Source: an uncultured virus (IMG/VR IMGVR_UViG_3300042975_000104) (Duplodnaviria; Heunggongvirae; Uroviricota; Caudoviricetes). Taken from it: 64,000 nucleotides of DNA. A program made the translations under genes and the position numbers. The DNA is taken from IMG/VR virus record IMGVR_UViG_3300042975_000104; one strand, written 5' to 3'. The notes beneath the pieces were generated by a model. The model saw only the letters and a list, made by a program, of their open reading frames with translations. It had not been told where the DNA came from and did no database searches. Numbering within the stretch: the first letter of the stretch is position 1; each line of letters begins with the position of its first letter. This document shows positions 37,772 to 48,302 of this stretch, piece after piece.

Positions 37772-38323
37772 CTATACATTCACAAATTTTTTAACAAGCT
37801 CTGCCGCTTGTTTCTCTCCATCTGTATTTTCTATTTCGCCCGGTTTATTCACACCAGGTATTAATACATTTCCTACAATCTCACATTTCATTAATTCCAT
37901 TGATTTTCTAAATCCAAATTCGACACCAGAAAATGTTTCCACATTATTTTCTTCACAACAAGCAATTAACGCACATTTTTTTCCGCTAAAATCTTTTCCA
38001 GCAACACAAAATGAGTAAAAGTGATCCATGATCGCCTTAATTTGAGAAGGCATAGAGTACCAATAAACAGGCATTGTCATAACAATCCCATCCGCACTCA
38101 TGATTGCTTCTGCAATAGGGGTAAACTCCTTAGTTATTGCGCATGCAATATTGTTTTTAAAACAAGCATTACATGCATGACATCCATCTAATTTAAGTTT
38201 TGTTGCGTCAAATCTAATAATTTCAATACCATTTTCCTTAGCACTCTGCTCAAAGCTATTGGCCATTCTATTTGAATTTCCATTTTTTCTAGGACTTCCA
38301 GTAATCATTACAATCTTATTCAT
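37772..38323 (-). CDS. Flavodoxin-fold NADPH-dependent FMN reductase / iron-sulfur flavoprotein
   Basis: GSPRKNGNS, CHACNAC...C, PVYWYSMPSQIK. Confidence 0.9.
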   Translation of the reverse strand: MNKIVMITGSPRKNGNSNRMANSFEQSAKENGIEIIRFDATKLKLDGCHACNACFKNNIACAITKEFTPIAEAIMSADGIVMTMPVYWYSMPSQIKAIMDHFYSFCVAGKDFSGKKCALIACCEENNVETFSGVEFGFRKSMELMKCEIVGNVLIPGVNKPGEIENTDGEKQAAELVKKFVNV

Positions 38324-38717
38324 AAATCGTCCTTCCCTTCCTCAATAAATGGTACTTTAAATGCTAAACCGCTTTTAAAATAATGCAAATATCTATACTT
38401 AATACGCATCTTTATTATACTTATATTTTTCCACAGTTCAAGTTTTAATTTTTCATATTTTTAGCATTACATTAAAAGGCAATACAGCTTGAAGTATAGT
38501 AAACTCTACTTTATACCAAATTTTTCAACATTAACTATATTATTCTAAACGTATAGAAAATAATTGCCATAATTCTTCTAAATCTATATCAGATGATTTT
38601 TTGATCATACAAGTCGACTTTTGTTTTAAATTCACGTTTGAGATACAATCTAACCATATGAAAATCCAATCTTTACAATCAATATCAGAAACATTACATA
38701 TATTTCTATTTTACATC

Positions 38718-40476
38718 TCATAATAAAATTTTGACGAGTTGATTCCTTAGCAATTTTCTACGTTCTTCCATAAACACCAGATAATTTGCATATGTATAAT
38801 CGATATCAGGCAGGTAATTAATAGTCCGATACTGTATCTTATCGTTTTTAGTTACATACTGAAGATTAAACCATGTATCAAAATCAGCGGTAAGTTTTTC
38901 TTCATTCAGTTGAGCTGAAAGCAATTGGAGATTGCTAATATCATTTACTGAATTGATATATTCATCAAGCTTAGCTTCTGGAACACCCATTTTACGAAGA
39001 TAAGATTTTGTGAATTTACTTTTTGGGTACATATGATCTTCATGAAACTTATTACTGAAATCAAGTGATGGATATAGGAGCATGAGCGTTGACAGTGTTT
39101 CACTTTTCCCATACTTTAATTCAAGGAGATATTCGTCTATGTCATCCACAGTGAATTGGATTGATTTGTTCGTCCCTTTGAATTTATCTATTATTTGATC
39201 TATTGGAAAATCATGTATTCCATTACTTTTTAAAATATCACGAATTGGTCGAAGCACATTATCCGGCTGACCACTGAATGCTTTTTTCAACAGTGACTGA
39301 ATTAGCCATTTTTTAATCTTCCTCCTATTATCTTTCGTCGTTCCAGAGTCCACAAAATTATCAGGCATTCCAATTTTCATCAGATAATATGCGATAGGTA
39401 TCAAAGCATTATTAGAAGTTAACGTTTCCCCTGAATATCCAAACGACGAAACCAGCAAAACGGTCTGCTTTATTGCCTTTTTTATATCATCCCATAACGA
39501 CTCAATTTTCATCATATTTTTCTTATTAAAATTATCAACCTTGAATGCAATATTTGTGAAATCACTAAGTACAAGTGCAGTCTTAAGAACAAAATCCTTA
39601 TTTACTCTGAATCCGTCTCCAACGAGATTTACGTCATCTACAAATTCTGTAATTTCTTTTCTTGCATCATGACTTTCCCACTGAGCAGACGCTATGGAAA
39701 GAAGCAAATCTGAATAACTGAGCTTTGTCCCGCCGCTATTTACTCGTATAAAAATATTCAGCACCTTATCCAGTTCAACTCTTTTTTCTCTGTAATAACT
39801 AATTGTACCTGCTTTGTTAATGACATTATAAAGTTTTGAAAGAGCATTTATGGCGAACCGAGACTGTTCTTTCGTATATTGGTATTCTTCTGAATAGCTT
39901 ATATTGTCACTTACAAAAACGGAAACATCCCCATCTTCCTTCATATCAAGAATTTTACCAACCTCAAACCAATATGTATTTTTATCATTTTTCACCTCCT
40001 TTGATGAAAGAAAACTGAAATCATACTCATTATCGCTGTTCTTTGGAGAAGAAAGCAGGTTAATATATAGTTTTCCTTGTCGGATATGCATTTTCGTTTT
40101 TTCTCGAAAGATATTTCAACTTATAAGCATATGATCCTTTTAATCCCAAGTATATTGATGTGAGTCTCTGCTGACCATCAAGAACAGCCATTACACCATC
40201 GCATCCTTTGAGATCCACCTTTTGATTGTGTACACCATTTTTCTCATTATAGTCACAAATAAAACTATAAAAATCGTAATCTCTCAAATGATCCTTACTG
40301 ATTTCCCAAAACAAAAAAGTTCCAATAGGATAATCACACATGAGAGAATCAAATAAAGTCTCTATCTGATCCGAACTCCATACATATTCTCGCTGAATTG
40401 ACGGAAGAACATACTTATTTGCGGATATATCTTTCATTACTTCTGCTATAGTTAGTGGTGTTTCATAAGCCATCAC
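38718..40476 (-). CDS. DUF262 + DUF1524 GmrSD-like nuclease (one extra A near 40072)
   Basis: LPSIQREYVW, LDGQQRLTS, FIRVNSGGTKL, EDHMYPKS...NLQLL...N. Confidence 0.88.
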
Positions 40477-40713
40477 AATTCCCTCCTATGCTGCTTCTGC
40501 ACTTATTTTATTGTAAATTTTGTCAATCATATCGCATTATTTTTCCATAGTTATATGCAATAGGGACTCTGAAACATATGCAAAGCACCTATTGGTTTAC
40601 ACCTGTATTTCTATTTCAACATCAGCCTTGAACGTTTTTACATAACGTATTATAAAGAACCGTTTCAATAACTTTCGACCAGCTTATTCAAGAATACCAT
40701 CATATTGACTAAC

Positions 40714-40794
40714 TTATGCTTTTATTTCCGTCCCATCCTTAGACATTACATGGATATCGTCTTTCTCATGTACCGTAATGAAATCCACCAGACT
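40714..40794 (-). pseudogene. Remnant of a serine recombinase 3' end
   Basis: Translates SLVDFITVHEKDDIHVMSKDGTEIKA*, matching the recombinase C-termini SLVDYITVYSKNDIRVIFKDGTEIRL* and SLLDYITVYGKDDIKVTFKDGTEIRV*. Confidence 0.88.
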
Positions 40795-41009
40795 TACTCA
40801 TAGGTAAGTTCAATCAAATCACGAATATCTTTAATCTTTAATACTTCAGCAATTTTGGTTATATGTTCAAAGTTCATAACGGTTCTAGAACCTCGACAGA
40901 TATCACTAATCGTTGACTCACGAATACCTGTCATTTCTGCTAATTGTTTCTGTTTAATTTTATTTTCTTCTAAAAGGTCTTTTAATCTAATTCTTATTGA
41001 ATATCTCAT
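40794..41009 (-). CDS. XRE/Cro-family HTH regulator
   Basis: QKQLAEMTGIRESTISDIC. Confidence 0.9.
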   Translation of the reverse strand: MRYSIRIRLKDLLEENKIKQKQLAEMTGIRESTISDICRGSRTVMNFEHITKIAEVLKIKDIRDLIELTYE

Positions 41010-41019
41010 AATATCACCA

Positions 41020-42174
41020 TCATTTCTGAAGCATCACTGTCATATAAGCTAAGTCCCAAATATTAGAATCCTTTCCCACTGCATTTGGGTTGTCTCCAAT
41101 GGAAGCAGCAAAATTCATAACTTTGCTTGTGATGTCATTCTTGCACCGCTCCCATACAGCGATAGGTTCTTCACCATTGTACCATTCATATTTTCCTGTA
41201 GTTGCATTTACTACCAAAGTCCTGAATGCAGCTACAACCGGATATAGAAGTCCATCAGGAATTTTATAGGTAAGATCATTCTGCCCAAACTTGCTTTTTC
41301 CAACAACTGCACCATCCTTATAACCAGAATATTTTTTTCTGCCATATCTACCACCCGTGACATTATATGTTTCTGCAAATTCTGTTTCAACAGCATCATA
41401 TAAATCAAAAATATCAGGAGCAATATTCACGAACTTACGATAATGTTCTGGATCTTTAAGATACATAGACAACATCTTTGCTTTAGAAGAATATGCTTGT
41501 GTTGGTTGAAATTTTTCATTAAAATTGTCAATGTCAAACATGTTAATAATTGCAACAATCTCTCTTGCATCAATCATCTTCATGTTTTTCCCAGTTTCAT
41601 TATCTGTTTCAATCTGATTCTGCTTGAATGCAATCCTCCTAAAGAATGGCATTCCTTCAAGTCCTTCTTTAATTGGATCGAACTTATTTGCTAGCTCCGC
41701 CATAGACTTATCATCAACTTGAACTGATGTGTTTCTTGCACGAGCTAAATCTTCTATTATTTCTTCTACACCAGTCATTACTTCAAACTGTACGTATTGA
41801 TCAAGATTCTCACCTTTATGCTCGCACACAATCTTATATGTGTGACCGCCATCAATATTACCATGAAGCGCATTATCATCGAACTCTATTTTGACCTCTT
41901 CCTTCTGACTGCTAAAAGTAACCCGAGAAGCAGAAATAACTATTCCTCTGTTCTTCAAGTGGAAATAACCATCGTTACTGCACAAAGAATCTTCGATAGC
42001 TCTTGCAACCGCTGAAGTAAGTTTCTGTTCTCTTGGATTTGTTGCCATAGGGATACCATCTGGAACATCGTCTACTTTCGCATAGAATACGTATTTTTTG
42101 GATTTTCCGTTCTCAAATGGATCATCAAGCTTTCTGAATGTACTTGCCTTTACCTTAAACGTTTTTGTGATCAT
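41020..42174 (-). CDS. AIPR-family protein (abortive infection phage resistance-associated)
   Basis: NPRE, FHLKNRGIVI, IDGGHT, ARNTSVQV. Confidence 0.85.
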   Translation of the reverse strand: MITKTFKVKASTFRKLDDPFENGKSKKYVFYAKVDDVPDGIPMATNPREQKLTSAVARAIEDSLCSNDGYFHLKNRGIVISASRVTFSSQKEEVKIEFDDNALHGNIDGGHTYKIVCEHKGENLDQYVQFEVMTGVEEIIEDLARARNTSVQVDDKSMAELANKFDPIKEGLEGMPFFRRIAFKQNQIETDNETGKNMKMIDAREIVAIINMFDIDNFNEKFQPTQAYSSKAKMLSMYLKDPEHYRKFVNIAPDIFDLYDAVETEFAETYNVTGGRYGRKKYSGYKDGAVVGKSKFGQNDLTYKIPDGLLYPVVAAFRTLVVNATTGKYEWYNGEEPIAVWERCKNDITSKVMNFAASIGDNPNAVGKDSNIWDLAYMTVMLQK

Positions 42175-42250
42175 AATGATCTCCTTTCTACTTAGTCCCA
42201 TAGGACTAACAGAACAATTTTTATTTGCAATGTCATTATTGCGCAATTTA

Positions 42251-42279
42251 ATAATAGCGCCATATCGTTATTTTGTCAA
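42251..42279 (-). promoter_or_regulatory. Sigma-A promoter TTGACA-17-TATTAT for the AIPR-HTH operon
   Basis: Consensus -35 and near-consensus -10 with 17-bp spacing. Confidence 0.7.
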
Positions 42280-42525
42280 TACGTGATTTGCTATTTTTGT
42301 ATAAACAAAAAGGTACATTGATATCCCCGCAAAATCGCCGTCACTGCATTTTTGATCTTCGCTGTGTAATGCTGATCTTCAGGTCATTGGAAAATTACTA
42401 GATTTTCCAATATGTAACCTGTGCTTTTTCCTACCACACTTCAGGACTTCTACGATTTGCGATACACTAACATTTAAATGATAAAGTTATGCAAAAAAAA
42501 CTCATACACCAATTCCAACATCTCT

Positions 42526-44109
42526 TTACACGCGTATTTCCGTCCCATCCTTAAACGTCACTTTGATATCATCTTTGCCATAGACTGTAATATAATCAAG
42601 CAAGCTACACCACAAACGTTCATCAAATTCTCCTATCAAGTCCTGGTTCTTAAGATTATCGATAAAAATTCCCAATTGCTCATTTCGCGACCGACTACCT
42701 TTTATTTTTGCAGTAACCGTTTCGTATTGTTCTTTTGTCCTGTCATATCGACTGACGAGACTATCGTAACGTTTCTGGTATTCCGTCTGGTCTTGGGAAA
42801 CCCGTGCATTTTCAGCAATACCATTTTCTGTCATATCTGTAAGTGTTATTAGATCCTGATTCAGCCGTTCCTGCTCGCTTTCAAGATCCACCGTATCACA
42901 CAGCTGTTCCCGTATCATCTGTATATTGAAAATGATTTCATTTTTATCCCCGACCAATTTATTTACGGCTTTTACAAAAATCCGTTTGATATCTTCTTCG
43001 GTAAGGTGCGGTGTTTTGCAGTGATGCTTGAATTTATCATTGCAGCGGTAGATAGTCCTGCGGTATTTATCGTTGGAATGCCAGACTTTGGATCCGTACC
43101 AGCTGCCGCAGTCGCCACATTTTATTTTCGATGAAAAGATACTGACCCCGCTGTGCCGATTGCCGCCACGTCCACGTTTTTGTATCTCTTCCTGCGTTAA
43201 GTCAAATACCTGTGGACTGATGATGGCTTCATGATCATTTTCCACATAGTACTGTGGCACCTCGCCCTGATTTGCTTTTGTTTTTTTGGTCAGGAAATCC
43301 ACCGTATAGCGTTTTTGGAGAAGCGCATCGCCTTTATATTTCTCATTCGTAAGAATACTTCTGACAGTACTGGGGCTCCATACATCACACCCTGCCGGAG
43401 TTTTAATACCCCGTTCCGTCAAATCACTGGCTATGGAGTGAAACGTATAGCCGCTAAGATACAACCTGTAAATCAACTTCACTACCCTTGCCTGTTCCCT
43501 GTTTACGACTAAATTGCCATCCGGCCCTTTGTCATACCCAAGGAACTGCTTGAACGGTACGCTGACCTTACCATCGGCAAAACGTTTCCGTTGTCCCCAT
43601 GTCGTGTTCTCGGAAATGCTCCGGCTTTCTTCCTGGGCAAGCGAGGACATGATGGTGATGAGCAGTTCGCCCTTGGCATCAAGCGTCCAGATATTTTCCT
43701 TCTCGAAATAAACCTCAATCCCCTTATCCTTAAGTTTTCGCACCGTTGTCAAGCTGTCCACGGTATTCCTGGCAAACCGGCTGACGGACTTTGTGATAAT
43801 AAGGTCGATCTTATTATCCAGCGCATCCCTTACCATCGCATTGAACCCGTCACGGTGACGGGTATTGGTTGCCGAGATTCCTTCATCCGTGTATATGCCA
43901 ACAAACTCCCAGTCATTCCGGCCCTTGATATACGAGGTGTAATAATCAACCTGTGCTTCATAGCTTGTCACCTGATCTTCATGATCTGTCGATACACGGG
44001 CATAACCGGCCACTCTCCGTTTCCGGTGGCTATTGATGGGTTCTGCGGTGTAGCGACTGATGACTGCCGGAATGGTATGTACTCTTCGCGCTTCCACTAT
44101 AGTTTCCAC
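42526..44109 (-). CDS. Large serine recombinase (paralog of 1-1584)
   Basis: Same motifs and length. Confidence 0.95.
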   Translation of the reverse strand: METIVEARRVHTIPAVISRYTAEPINSHRKRRVAGYARVSTDHEDQVTSYEAQVDYYTSYIKGRNDWEFVGIYTDEGISATNTRHRDGFNAMVRDALDNKIDLIITKSVSRFARNTVDSLTTVRKLKDKGIEVYFEKENIWTLDAKGELLITIMSSLAQEESRSISENTTWGQRKRFADGKVSVPFKQFLGYDKGPDGNLVVNREQARVVKLIYRLYLSGYTFHSIASDLTERGIKTPAGCDVWSPSTVRSILTNEKYKGDALLQKRYTVDFLTKKTKANQGEVPQYYVENDHEAIISPQVFDLTQEEIQKRGRGGNRHSGVSIFSSKIKCGDCGSWYGSKVWHSNDKYRRTIYRCNDKFKHHCKTPHLTEEDIKRIFVKAVNKLVGDKNEIIFNIQMIREQLCDTVDLESEQERLNQDLITLTDMTENGIAENARVSQDQTEYQKRYDSLVSRYDRTKEQYETVTAKIKGSRSRNEQLGIFIDNLKNQDLIGEFDERLWCSLLDYITVYGKDDIKVTFKDGTEIRV

Positions 44110-44123
44110 CTCCCTTCATGTAT

Positions 44124-45782
44124 TCAGCAATTTCCCGTTTTAACCGGTGGCCAACTGCAGCTTTTTCTTCTGCCATCAGTAAAACAAAATGTCAGCTCAT
44201 CAGTTTTTCCAGTTTCAATATGGTCTATCCGCTTTCGGAACACAGCATCATCAAATACCGGTAGTCCTAGCACATTTGCTGCAATCTGCTTCAATGATTT
44301 CTCCCGTATGCCCGGAACCTTGCAGGATTTCCCCGAGAGCTTGCATCGCCAGTAAGCAACTTTCCCGTTTTTTCGCTTGTCCAGGCAGCGTTTGAAGCAG
44401 ATGTTACATTGAACGCATAGAATCCGATCTGTAAAAGCAGAATACCGCTTCGATTTCCCGCTCATCCGGTACTGCTTCGTCCAAACCCTTTGCTTGTCCT
44501 TGAGTTTTTCCGTCCAGTGATCCTTGTTTGCAGTTGATTCCCAGTGCCGGATAATTTTTCGGCCATCTTTCATGTTAAATACCATGACACGATATTCAGG
44601 TACAGTAATTGTATCAACTTTTTCAAGGAATATGTTTTCATCAAAAGCCTGCAGTCCAAGGACAGCCGTACATTCCCGTTCCAGCACGATTTGCGGAATA
44701 GTTCCTTTTGCGCCACAGTTCTTTCCTTTATATTTATGGGATGTACATCCCCAGTACCCGATATGCCGCCCTTTATATTTCCGTTTGCTACTGACATAAC
44801 TTTTTCCACAAATACCGCATTTTATTTTTCCCGTAAAGCATGTCGTATGTAGTGATTTGTTAGCAAATGGCCCTAATTGGCACCGACGTGCCATTTCCTT
44901 CTGTATATAATCGAACGTTTCCTTATCAATGATAGCTTCATGAGTATTTTCGACAAAATACTGTGGTTTTTCGCCACGGTTTTTCCGTTCTTTTTTAGTA
45001 ATAGGATCTTCTATATATGTTTTCTGAAGCAGGAGATTACCGGTATAGGTAATATTGGTAAGTACCTGCTTGATGCTGGGATCACCCCAGTTATTACCAT
45101 GCCTAGTTTTGATGCCCTTCGCCGCAAGCTCCCGTCTTGTCTCAACCCGTGATTTTCCGTCAAGAAAATTTTGATATATTCGCTTTACAACAGCTGCTTC
45201 TTCAGAAACAATTACGAGTTTATCCCCTTCCCATCGATAGCCATATATAAAGAACTTTGCAGGCGGCATGCCCTGTTGAAACCGTTTATGCACCCGCCAT
45301 TTGATATTCTCGCTGATGGATCGGCTTTCTTCCTGGGCAAAGGATGCAAGGATTGTCAGCATCAACTCACCTTCGCCACTCAGAGTATGAATGTTTTCCT
45401 TTTCAAACCATACTTCGACACCGATATCCTTTAAATGGCGTACCGTGTTCAAAAGGTCAACCGTATTTCTTGCAAAACGCTGAATGGCTTTTGTAAGGAT
45501 AATATCGATTTTTCCTGCTTCTGAAGCAGCAATCATTTCGTTGAATGCATCCCGTTTCGCCATTCCTGTACCGGAAATGCCATAGTCTGCATAGACACCG
45601 GCATATTCCCATTCAGGATTCTTCTGGATAAGGCCGCTATAATAGCTGACCTGTGCAGAAAGTGAATGCTGCATCCGTTCCGATTCTACGGAAACACGGG
45701 CATAGGCTGCTACTTTCTTTTGCTTTCTGAACGGCGATACCTGATGCTCGACTTTGAGGATTGTCTTTCGCATAGAATTCAC
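44124..45782 (-). CDS. Large serine recombinase (paralog of 1599-3257)
   Basis: Same motifs and length. Confidence 0.95.
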   Translation of the reverse strand: MNSMRKTILKVEHQVSPFRKQKKVAAYARVSVESERMQHSLSAQVSYYSGLIQKNPEWEYAGVYADYGISGTGMAKRDAFNEMIAASEAGKIDIILTKAIQRFARNTVDLLNTVRHLKDIGVEVWFEKENIHTLSGEGELMLTILASFAQEESRSISENIKWRVHKRFQQGMPPAKFFIYGYRWEGDKLVIVSEEAAVVKRIYQNFLDGKSRVETRRELAAKGIKTRHGNNWGDPSIKQVLTNITYTGNLLLQKTYIEDPITKKERKNRGEKPQYFVENTHEAIIDKETFDYIQKEMARRCQLGPFANKSLHTTCFTGKIKCGICGKSYVSSKRKYKGRHIGYWGCTSHKYKGKNCGAKGTIPQIVLERECTAVLGLQAFDENIFLEKVDTITVPEYRVMVFNMKDGRKIIRHWESTANKDHWTEKLKDKQRVWTKQYRMSGKSKRYSAFTDRILCVQCNICFKRCLDKRKNGKVAYWRCKLSGKSCKVPGIREKSLKQIAANVLGLPVFDDAVFRKRIDHIETGKTDELTFCFTDGRRKSCSWPPVKTGNC

Positions 45783-45822
45783 TCCTTTCCAACACTATAT
45801 ATCACTCTGTTTGATACAATTA

Positions 45823-45984
45823 TCAAGTGTATAAAGAGCCGGAAAAAGGATGATATTTTTCGAGCATCTGGCGCTCTGCCATATGATATTCGCTCTCCGT
45901 GATAAGTTTTTCATCGCGCATCAACTGCATCAGATGCAATGTCATCAGGAACAGCGCTTCATTTTGAAATGTTTTCTTATCCAT
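45823..45984 (-). CDS. Small SHOCT-like protein (paralog of 3298-3459)
   Basis: Near-identical sequence. Confidence 0.65.
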   Translation of the reverse strand: MDKKTFQNEALFLMTLHLMQLMRDEKLITESEYHMAERQMLEKYHPFSGSLYT

Positions 45985-46369
45985 GACGGTCTCCGCCGAA
46001 ACGGTATTCAATATAACACGCATGACAGCAGAACTTCCGTCTGCTGTTTCCATAGGTCTTAAATACTTTGCCACAGTTTGTGCAGGTAAAGGTATAGACC
46101 GTCTTTCGCTTCACCAAGTCAAGATGCCTGTTCCACCATTTGTTTCTGCAACTATCCGAACAGAAGCGTTTCCGCTTCCGCCCCGGATTCTGGGCAATGG
46201 GCTTTCCGCACTGCTCGCAGACCGCCCCATTTGTTCTGGTTGCCAGACTGTGCCGTCGGCAGAACGACTTCACCGTGTTGATGGAAACACCTAATTGGCT
46301 GGCTATAGTTCCATACCCTGCCCCGTTGCGGCGTAAGGTGATAATCTGTTGTTTCTGTTTGTCCGTCAT
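45977..46369 (-). CDS. HTH + zinc-finger protein (paralog of 3452-3847)
   Basis: GYGTIASQLGVSINTVKSFCRR, CxxC motifs. Confidence 0.8.
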   Translation of the reverse strand: MTDKQKQQIITLRRNGAGYGTIASQLGVSINTVKSFCRRHSLATRTNGAVCEQCGKPIAQNPGRKRKRFCSDSCRNKWWNRHLDLVKRKTVYTFTCTNCGKVFKTYGNSRRKFCCHACYIEYRFGGDRHG

Positions 46370-46401
46370 GATAAACACCTCCTGAAAAAATAGCTTTCAA
46401 G

Positions 46402-46434
46402 AGTAACAGGACAAAAAGGCTATCGTTAAGTACT
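46402..46434 (-). promoter_or_regulatory. Bipartite motif copy 4 (AGTACTTAA-N12-TGTCCTGTTACT)
   Basis: Same spacing and same relative position as copy 1 despite diverged flanks. Confidence 0.6.
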
Positions 46435-46620
46435 ATAAGTGCAAAAAAAAACGGATGCCCATGATGAGCATCCTAGTATATAAATATTCCCGTAACAAAT
46501 AATCAGTGCAGATCCCTGTAGCTATAGTAGGTGGTGTTGCAACGTGATATAATAAATTAGGTTTAATATGAACATCGTTTCTTCGACGATAATGCGATCG
46601 TTACAACAAAGGATGGTCCA

Positions 46621-47283
46621 ATGGCAAATATCATTACTCTAGACTTGAACACACAGTCAGTACAATACCTATGCAAAAAAGATAAGCGTTTGAAAAAAGT
46701 CGTCTACATGGTAGGCCCTATCACCTATGAGCCACATACAGACAACCCTTTTCCCTTCTTGATTCACGAAATCATCGAACAAATGTTATCGATTAAAGCC
46801 GGTGCTAAAATTTATTCTCGCCTAGAAACCCTATGTAATGGCCAAGTGACGCCTTATTCTATTGATGCACTTTCTTTAGAGAATTTAAAAAGTATCGGCA
46901 CCTCAACAGCTAAGGCAAGATGTATAAAAAACGTAGCTTCCGCAATCATAGCAGGAACACTTGATTTTTCTCAATTTCCCACTATGACAGATGAAGCTGC
47001 ATTAACGCAATTGATTCGACTTCCAGGCATCGGGATGTGGACAGCCAAAATGTATTTAATTTTTGTCTTAGATCGACAAAACATCTTGCCTTTCGAAGAT
47101 GTTGCCTTCTTGCAGAGTTATAAATGGCTTTATAAGACAGATAATATATCAAAAGCATCAATAGAAAAGAAATGCAAAAAATGGAAACCCTATTCATCTA
47201 TTGCAACTAGATTCTTGTATCGGGCGTTAGACATGGGTTTCACAAAAGAAGAATTTCATTTAAGAAAGGATGCATTATTATGA
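46621..47283 (+). CDS. HhH-GPD DNA glycosylase, AlkA (3-methyladenine glycosylase II) family
   Basis: IIEQMLSIKAG, LPGIGMWTAKMYL, LPFED, WKPYSS. Confidence 0.9.
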   Translation: MANIITLDLNTQSVQYLCKKDKRLKKVVYMVGPITYEPHTDNPFPFLIHEIIEQMLSIKAGAKIYSRLETLCNGQVTPYSIDALSLENLKSIGTSTAKARCIKNVASAIIAGTLDFSQFPTMTDEAALTQLIRLPGIGMWTAKMYLIFVLDRQNILPFEDVAFLQSYKWLYKTDNISKASIEKKCKKWKPYSSIATRFLYRALDMGFTKEEFHLRKDALL

Positions 47284-48302
47284 TTGATTATACGAAAAAT
47301 ATTTCTGCAAGTGGACTTACAATTTATGATCCAATAAGTTACGATAATTCTCAGCTATATATCCCTACAAAAGAGTTGGAATCCTTATTATCCAACTCAA
47401 TTATAGGTCTTCAGTTAAATGGACTACCGCTTAGAACACGTTCTAAAGTGGTCAAACAAGCAATATGTCGTGCTCTAGGTTATCCTACACCCAAATCTTT
47501 TGAGAAAACTCAGCCTAGATTTCCTGGGCAAAATTTTGATGTATACACACAAAAAAGTTTAAATGTCCAAATATGGAATGAAGATGTTGAAATTAATCGC
47601 CGCTATATTTTTCTTCAAGTCAGTAGTCAAGATATAGTAACTAAAGTAAAAATCATCACAGGGAATCAATTGATTGCATTAGATCACACTAAAACACTCA
47701 CGCAGAAATATCAAGCGCATATGCGTTCCTATGATAAAAATATATGTTCAAGTATAGATTCCCCAACGGTTGATCAATGGACAAAAGCCACTAGTTCCAC
47801 CAATCTTCATTCAGTAAATCCTAATGACTTGCCTCAAAGTAATATGTGTCTTAAAATATCAGAAATATATAGGCGATTATTACCTATTGTAGGCATGTCT
47901 GTAAGTCATTTAGATGCTATTCAAGAACGAAATAGAGGAGCTGAATTACATGCTTTAATTTGCAAACATCTCGGTTATTCTATTTTTAAAGATGACGGTA
48001 CTTACCCGGATATTATCAATCAGCTACTCGAAGTTAAACTACAAACATCGTCTACCATAGATTTAGGACTACACTCTCCAGAAGACGGTCATGAAATTTT
48101 ACGAGTTGATTCTACGTTTTTTCATAGTGATGATATTCGGTATGTTATTTTTGACGGAGACGTTCAGGGAAATTGTGTCATTTTAAAGCACCTCTATCTA
48201 GTATCCGGAAATGATTTTTTCACCTATTTTCCTTTATTCCAAGGAAACGTTTTAAACAAGAAATTGCAAATTCCTCTCCCATCTGATTTTTTTAATAATT
48301 AA
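47280..48302 (+). CDS. Putative type II restriction endonuclease
   Basis: YPDIINQLLEVKLQ PD-(D/E)XK motif; convergent with an adenine methyltransferase. Confidence 0.75.
   Translation: MIDYTKNISASGLTIYDPISYDNSQLYIPTKELESLLSNSIIGLQLNGLPLRTRSKVVKQAICRALGYPTPKSFEKTQPRFPGQNFDVYTQKSLNVQIWNEDVEINRRYIFLQVSSQDIVTKVKIITGNQLIALDHTKTLTQKYQAHMRSYDKNICSSIDSPTVDQWTKATSSTNLHSVNPNDLPQSNMCLKISEIYRRLLPIVGMSVSHLDAIQERNRGAELHALICKHLGYSIFKDDGTYPDIINQLLEVKLQTSSTIDLGLHSPEDGHEILRVDSTFFHSDDIRYVIFDGDVQGNCVILKHLYLVSGNDFFTYFPLFQGNVLNKKLQIPLPSDFFNN

Larger units (their letters stand above)
42526..46380. repeat. Long direct repeat copy 2 (recombinase module)
   Basis: Colinear with 1-3860. Confidence 0.97.
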
